Source: Escherichia coli (GTDB taxonomy: Bacteria > Pseudomonadota > Gammaproteobacteria > Enterobacterales > Enterobacteriaceae). From it: a DNA stretch of 1,086 nt. Position numbers and translations under genes: made by a program. A model generated the notes under the pieces. The model was not told the DNA's origin, made no database searches, and saw only the letters and a program-made list of their open reading frames with translations. The stretch lies in the NCBI RefSeq assembly GCF_003334815.1, contig NZ_QOWO01000107.1. One strand, written 5' to 3'. This document shows positions 1-1,086 of this stretch, piece after piece (the stretch's first letter is position 1; each line of letters begins with the position of its first letter).

Positions 1-68
1 TTCGCCAGGAACGACCGGAACGCGGCATCATGCGGCGTGGGCGTTGTGGTGTTTTTCTTCTTACTCAC
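1..68 (-). CDS. Rpn/YhgA-like PD-(D/E)XK recombination-promoting nuclease / putative transposase; N-terminal 22 codons only, the gene runs off the left edge of the window
   Basis: Minus-strand reading from GTG at 68..66 gives VSKKKNTTTPTPHDAAFRSFLA. The TPHDxxF(K/R)xFL motif is the conserved N-terminal signature I recognise from E. coli Rpn proteins (e.g. RpnA ...TPHDAVFKQFL...). GGAGG lies at 77..73, 4 nt upstream of the GTG. An in-frame stop at 86..84 makes this GTG the first possible start. The start overlaps the upstream stop as GTGA. Only 22 residues are visible, so the family call rests on a short motif. Confidence 0.6.
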   Translation of the reverse strand, partial: MSKKKNTTTPTPHDAAFRSFLA

Positions 69-77
69 GGTTCCTCC
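8..77 (-). repeat. Downstream copy of the same repeat; this is the apparently functional RBS, GTG and 5' coding end of the Rpn-like gene
   Basis: This is the partner of 520..589 (see that feature). It retains the intact TPHDAAFRSFL motif. The repeat may extend left beyond the window, since similarity is lost only in the last ~7 nt visible. Confidence 0.7.
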
Positions 78-454
78 ATCAAATCAGCAGCATCGCAGCA
101 ATCATCGTCCAAATCCCCACAACCAAGAGGACAGCAATTGCGATCAAAGCCGTGACAACAATAGCCACGTTCTGCGTCACGGCGTATTTCTTCTGCAATC
201 TCTTCAGCGGAAAGGTAATCAAACTCCTCACGGGCCAGTTCCAGGACCAGCAGATGTTGTTCTGTCGGCAATGTAGACACAAAATTATCAATAGCAGCAC
301 TCAAACGTCGCTGATATAGCTCATAAACAAGACCACAACGGTGCATTAGTTCTTCGGATAATAGTTCCAGTTTTGAGCGAACGCTGTCAGCATTGAAAGT
401 GACTTCATCAGATGACATCTGAAAATCTTTGTCAGTGTCAAAACAAGACTTCAT
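65..454 (-). CDS. Hypothetical small acidic protein, 129 aa, with a helical-looking body and a Cys-rich acidic C-terminal tail; no family recognised
   Basis: This is the lower part of the 65..676 ORF in the supplied track. ATG at 454..452 is preceded by AGGAG (465..461) with a 6-nt spacer. The product is MKSCFDTDKDFQMSSDEV...GYCCHGFDRNCCPLGCGDLDDDCCDAADLMEEP. By hand count it has about 31 D/E versus 12 K/R. The stop TGA at 67..65 overlaps the GTG of the downstream Rpn-like gene. An alternative in-frame start is GTG 580..578 with AGGAGG at 590..585, giving 171 aa. The track's GTG at 676 has no SD and overlaps the upstream gene by 32 nt, so it is disfavoured. Confidence 0.65.
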   Translation of the reverse strand: MKSCFDTDKDFQMSSDEVTFNADSVRSKLELLSEELMHRCGLVYELYQRRLSAAIDNFVSTLPTEQHLLVLELAREEFDYLSAEEIAEEIRRDAERGYCCHGFDRNCCPLGCGDLDDDCCDAADLMEEP

Positions 455-519
455 TTTTATCTCCTGCCCGTCCGGGCCCTGAATGAAAGAAAACCTGTTT
501 CCCTTCTCTGTTTTTTTAT

Positions 520-589
520 GGAACAGGAGGAATCCGGTACCATGCGACATAGACGTCATGATGTTTTTCATCTTGCTCACGGTTCCTCC
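520..589 (-). repeat. Upstream, degenerate copy of the rpn-like translation-initiation region and first ~20 codons (relic 5' gene end)
   Basis: There is an ungapped alignment to 8..77 at a constant offset of 512 nt. It matches 53/70 positions by hand count. It includes an identical 14-mer CTCACGGTTCCTCC (576..589 = 64..77) and 25/27 identity over 563..589 vs 51..77. The encoded peptide VSKMKNIMTSMSHGTGFLLF compares with VSKKKNTTTPTPHDAAFRSF, so the conserved PHD has become SHG. Confidence 0.7.
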
Positions 590-610
590 TGGTAAAGTAC
601 CTGAACATAT

Positions 611-638
611 CCTGCCACCTGCACAGACAGACGGCAGG
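611..638 (-). other. Imperfect hairpin in the 64-nt spacer between the basic-protein gene and the repeat/acidic gene
   Basis: CCTGCC (611..616) pairs with GGCAGG (633..638). An inner CTG (619..621) pairs with CAG (628..630), with a 2x2 internal loop and a 6-nt apical loop. No U-tract follows on the minus strand, so it does not look like an intrinsic terminator. Confidence 0.3.
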
Positions 639-644
639 GGGTAA

Positions 645-911
645 TCAGTGGCAGACCCGTTCAATTTCAAGCGCACGGAGCAGGTGCCCCCACTCGCTGA
701 CTTTCATGGCGGGGATACGCACCCGCTTCCGCTCACTGCAGCGTCTGGCGATATGACCGCCCATCGCCAGGACGTCCGGGTTAATCTCATCCGGTGCCAG
801 TTCCTGGCGTCTGAAGCGGGTATGGCGGTGCAGGGGTTTGTTCTCCCGCAGGCACTCTTCACGCAGACGCTTTACATATTCAGCCGTTGCAAAGATAATT
901 GATGGTCTCAT
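645..911 (-). CDS. Hypothetical small basic protein, 88 aa, Arg-rich; possible nucleic-acid-binding or regulatory protein, family not recognised
   Basis: This is the lower part of the 645..1007 ORF in the track. ATG at 911..909 is preceded by GGAG (923..920) with an 8-nt spacer. The product is MRPSIIFATAEYVKRLREECLRENKPLHRHTRFRRQELAPDEINPDVLAMGGHIARRCSERKRVRIPAMKVSEWGHLLRALEIERVCH. By hand count it has 19 R/K, 5 H and 12 D/E. An alternative start is ATG 1007..1005, which overlaps the upstream stop as ATGA and gives 120 aa. That version has no SD, and its extra 32 codons lie over two strong stem-loops. Confidence 0.6.
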   Translation of the reverse strand: MRPSIIFATAEYVKRLREECLRENKPLHRHTRFRRQELAPDEINPDVLAMGGHIARRCSERKRVRIPAMKVSEWGHLLRALEIERVCH

Positions 912-940
912 GGCATAATCTCCATAGTTCGTGAATGAGA

Positions 941-971
941 TGCCGGACTTCCGTACGGGGAAGCGCCGGCA
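941..971 (-). promoter_or_regulatory. 31-nt imperfect inverted repeat / second stem-loop in the leader of the basic-protein gene
   Basis: The outer stem TGCCGG (941..946) pairs with CCGGCA (966..971). The inner stem CTTCC (948..952) pairs with GGAAG (959..963) around a 6-nt loop. The outer and inner stems are separated by a small internal loop. The element lies 30 nt upstream of ATG 911. Its function (operator, attenuator or RNA-stability element) is not determinable from sequence. Confidence 0.35.
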
Positions 972-1004
972 GAGAAAGGCAGGGTTTATCGCCCTGCTTT
1001 TTTT
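972..1004. terminator. Intrinsic-terminator-like hairpin with A/T tracts on both sides (potentially bidirectional)
   Basis: The stem GCAGGG (979..984) pairs with CCCTGC (992..997) around a 7-nt loop. On the plus strand it is followed by T7 (998..1004), a textbook terminator. On the minus strand it is preceded by A7 and followed by CTTTCTCT, a weaker U-tract. It sits immediately after the upstream gene's stop codon. Confidence 0.5.
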
Positions 1005-1086
1005 CATTCCGGACAGCGACGCAGTGCCAGCGCGAGCGCTTTCATCTTCCAGCCTTCCGGCGTGCGGTACATCACCTTCCAGTAGC
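1004..1086 (-). CDS. C-terminal end of an upstream gene of unknown function (partial, enters from the right edge of the window)
   Basis: The minus-strand frame starting at 1084 reads YWKVMYRTPEGWKMKALALALRRCPE and stops at TGA 1006..1004. Its codons are mostly enterobacterial-preferred (ctg, gcg, ccg, gaa, cgc). The competing open frame contains cta, agg and gga. A hairpin follows 7 nt after the stop. Only 26 codons are visible. Confidence 0.45.
   Translation of the reverse strand, partial: YWKVMYRTPEGWKMKALALALRRCPE

Noticed and set aside
79-300. Minus-strand alternative-frame ORF 79..300, whose C-terminus (VAIVVTALIAIAVLLVVGIWTMIAAMLLI) looks like a transmembrane helix; considered as a hidden overlapping small membrane toxin
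   Set aside because: It is fully nested out of frame in the acidic gene. Its GTG is immediately preceded by a stop and has no SD, and the internal GTG/ATG codons also lack SDs. The hydrophobic run is the expected frame-shifted reading of the repeated GAT/TGC/TGT/GCT codons of the Cys/Asp-rich tail. It is worth a look only if ribosome profiling shows initiation there.
37-319. Plus-strand ORFs 37..276 (79 aa) and 44..319 (91 aa)
   Set aside because: Both lie antisense to the much better supported minus-strand acidic gene and Rpn start. Neither has a convincing SD. Their products are low-complexity (FFFLL, polar runs), typical of shadow ORFs opposite a real gene.
466-477. GCCCG-tc-CGGGC mini-palindrome next to the SD of ATG 454, considered as an SD-occluding structure
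   Set aside because: A 5-bp stem with a 2-nt loop is sterically implausible, giving effectively 4 bp. It does not include the SD bases themselves.
65-580. Possibility that the whole 171-aa ORF is a truncated, diverged Rpn paralogue (weak resemblance of CFDTDKDFQMSSDEVTFNADSVR to the DxxSLxLxxxSFIxxxLR stretch of Rpn proteins, and YELYQ to IEHQ)
   Set aside because: Beyond the first ~20 codons the resemblance is at the level of chance by eye. The sequence looks all-helical and highly acidic, rather than the alpha/beta PD-(D/E)XK fold. The nucleotide similarity ends near 520. Only a profile-profile or structure comparison could revive this idea.
581-676. Full 203-aa version of ORF 65..676 starting at GTG 676
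   Set aside because: There is no SD upstream of 676. It would overlap the basic-protein gene by 32 nt and read through the spacer hairpin. Two downstream in-frame starts have strong SDs.
648-902. Plus-strand ORF 648..902 (84 aa, GTG start)
   Set aside because: It is almost exactly the antisense shadow of the basic-protein gene (645..911). It has no SD before the GTG and nothing recognisable in the product.
941-971. GC-rich palindrome considered as a REP/BIME-type repetitive extragenic palindrome
   Set aside because: It does not resemble the enterobacterial REP consensus as I remember it (GCCGGATG...CTTATCCGGCCTAC-like). Only a single copy is visible in the window.
912-978. Search for a sigma-70 promoter for the basic-protein gene (e.g. 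TTCCCC ... CTCATT, TATGGA)
   Set aside because: The best candidates match consensus at only 2-3 of 6 positions in the -10 element or would overlap the SD. None is strong enough to annotate.
912-1007. 120-aa version of ORF 645..1007 (ATG 1007, ATGA overlap with the upstream stop)
   Set aside because: This is not fully excluded, but I disfavour it. It has no SD. The extra 32 codons coincide with a terminator-like hairpin with A7/T-rich flanks and a second 11-bp stem-loop. The internal ATG 911 has GGAG at ideal spacing. It is kept as an alternative in the feature evidence.
1-1086. Scan for CRISPR repeats, tRNA/rRNA-like structure, IS terminal inverted repeats, Chi (GCTGGTGG) and integron attC-like sites
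   Set aside because: I saw no spaced short direct repeats of CRISPR type, no cloverleaf-compatible segments, no terminal inverted repeats flanking an ORF, and no Chi octamer on either strand. The only substantial repeat is the 512-nt-spaced rpn 5' duplication reported above.

Overview
All convincing coding signal in this 1086-nt window is on the minus strand, and it reads as one compact operon-like array. Reading 5'->3' on the minus strand, it contains the following. (1) 1086..1004 is the C-terminal end of an upstream gene (...YWKVMYRTPEGWKMKALALALRRCPE*). (2) 1003..912 is a spacer carrying two consecutive stem-loops, the first flanked by A7/T-rich tracts like a terminator. (3) 911..645 encodes an 88-aa arginine-rich basic protein that I cannot assign to a family. 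(4) 644..581 is a 64-nt spacer with an imperfect hairpin. (5) 589..520 is a degenerate second copy of the ribosome-binding site, GTG start and first ~20 codons of the downstream nuclease gene. (6) 454..65 encodes a 129-aa strongly acidic protein with a cysteine-rich tail (three CC doublets). Its TGA stop overlaps, as GTGA, the GTG start of the next gene. (7) 68..1 holds the first 22 codons of a gene whose N-terminus (VSKKKNTTTPTPHDAAFRSFLA) carries the TPHDxxF(K/R)xFL signature of Rpn/YhgA-like PD-(D/E)XK recombination-promoting nucleases. The most interesting points are the tight translational coupling of an uncharacterised acidic Cys-rich protein to an Rpn-type nuclease, which suggests an inhibitor/antitoxin plus nuclease module, possibly with the basic protein as a third component. 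The acidic gene is also bracketed by a diverged direct repeat of the nuclease gene's translation-initiation region. Codon usage and the Rpn family suggest an enterobacterial accessory region, but that is inference. I see no tRNA, rRNA, CRISPR array or transposon ends. All identities and counts were made by hand and no database search was possible.
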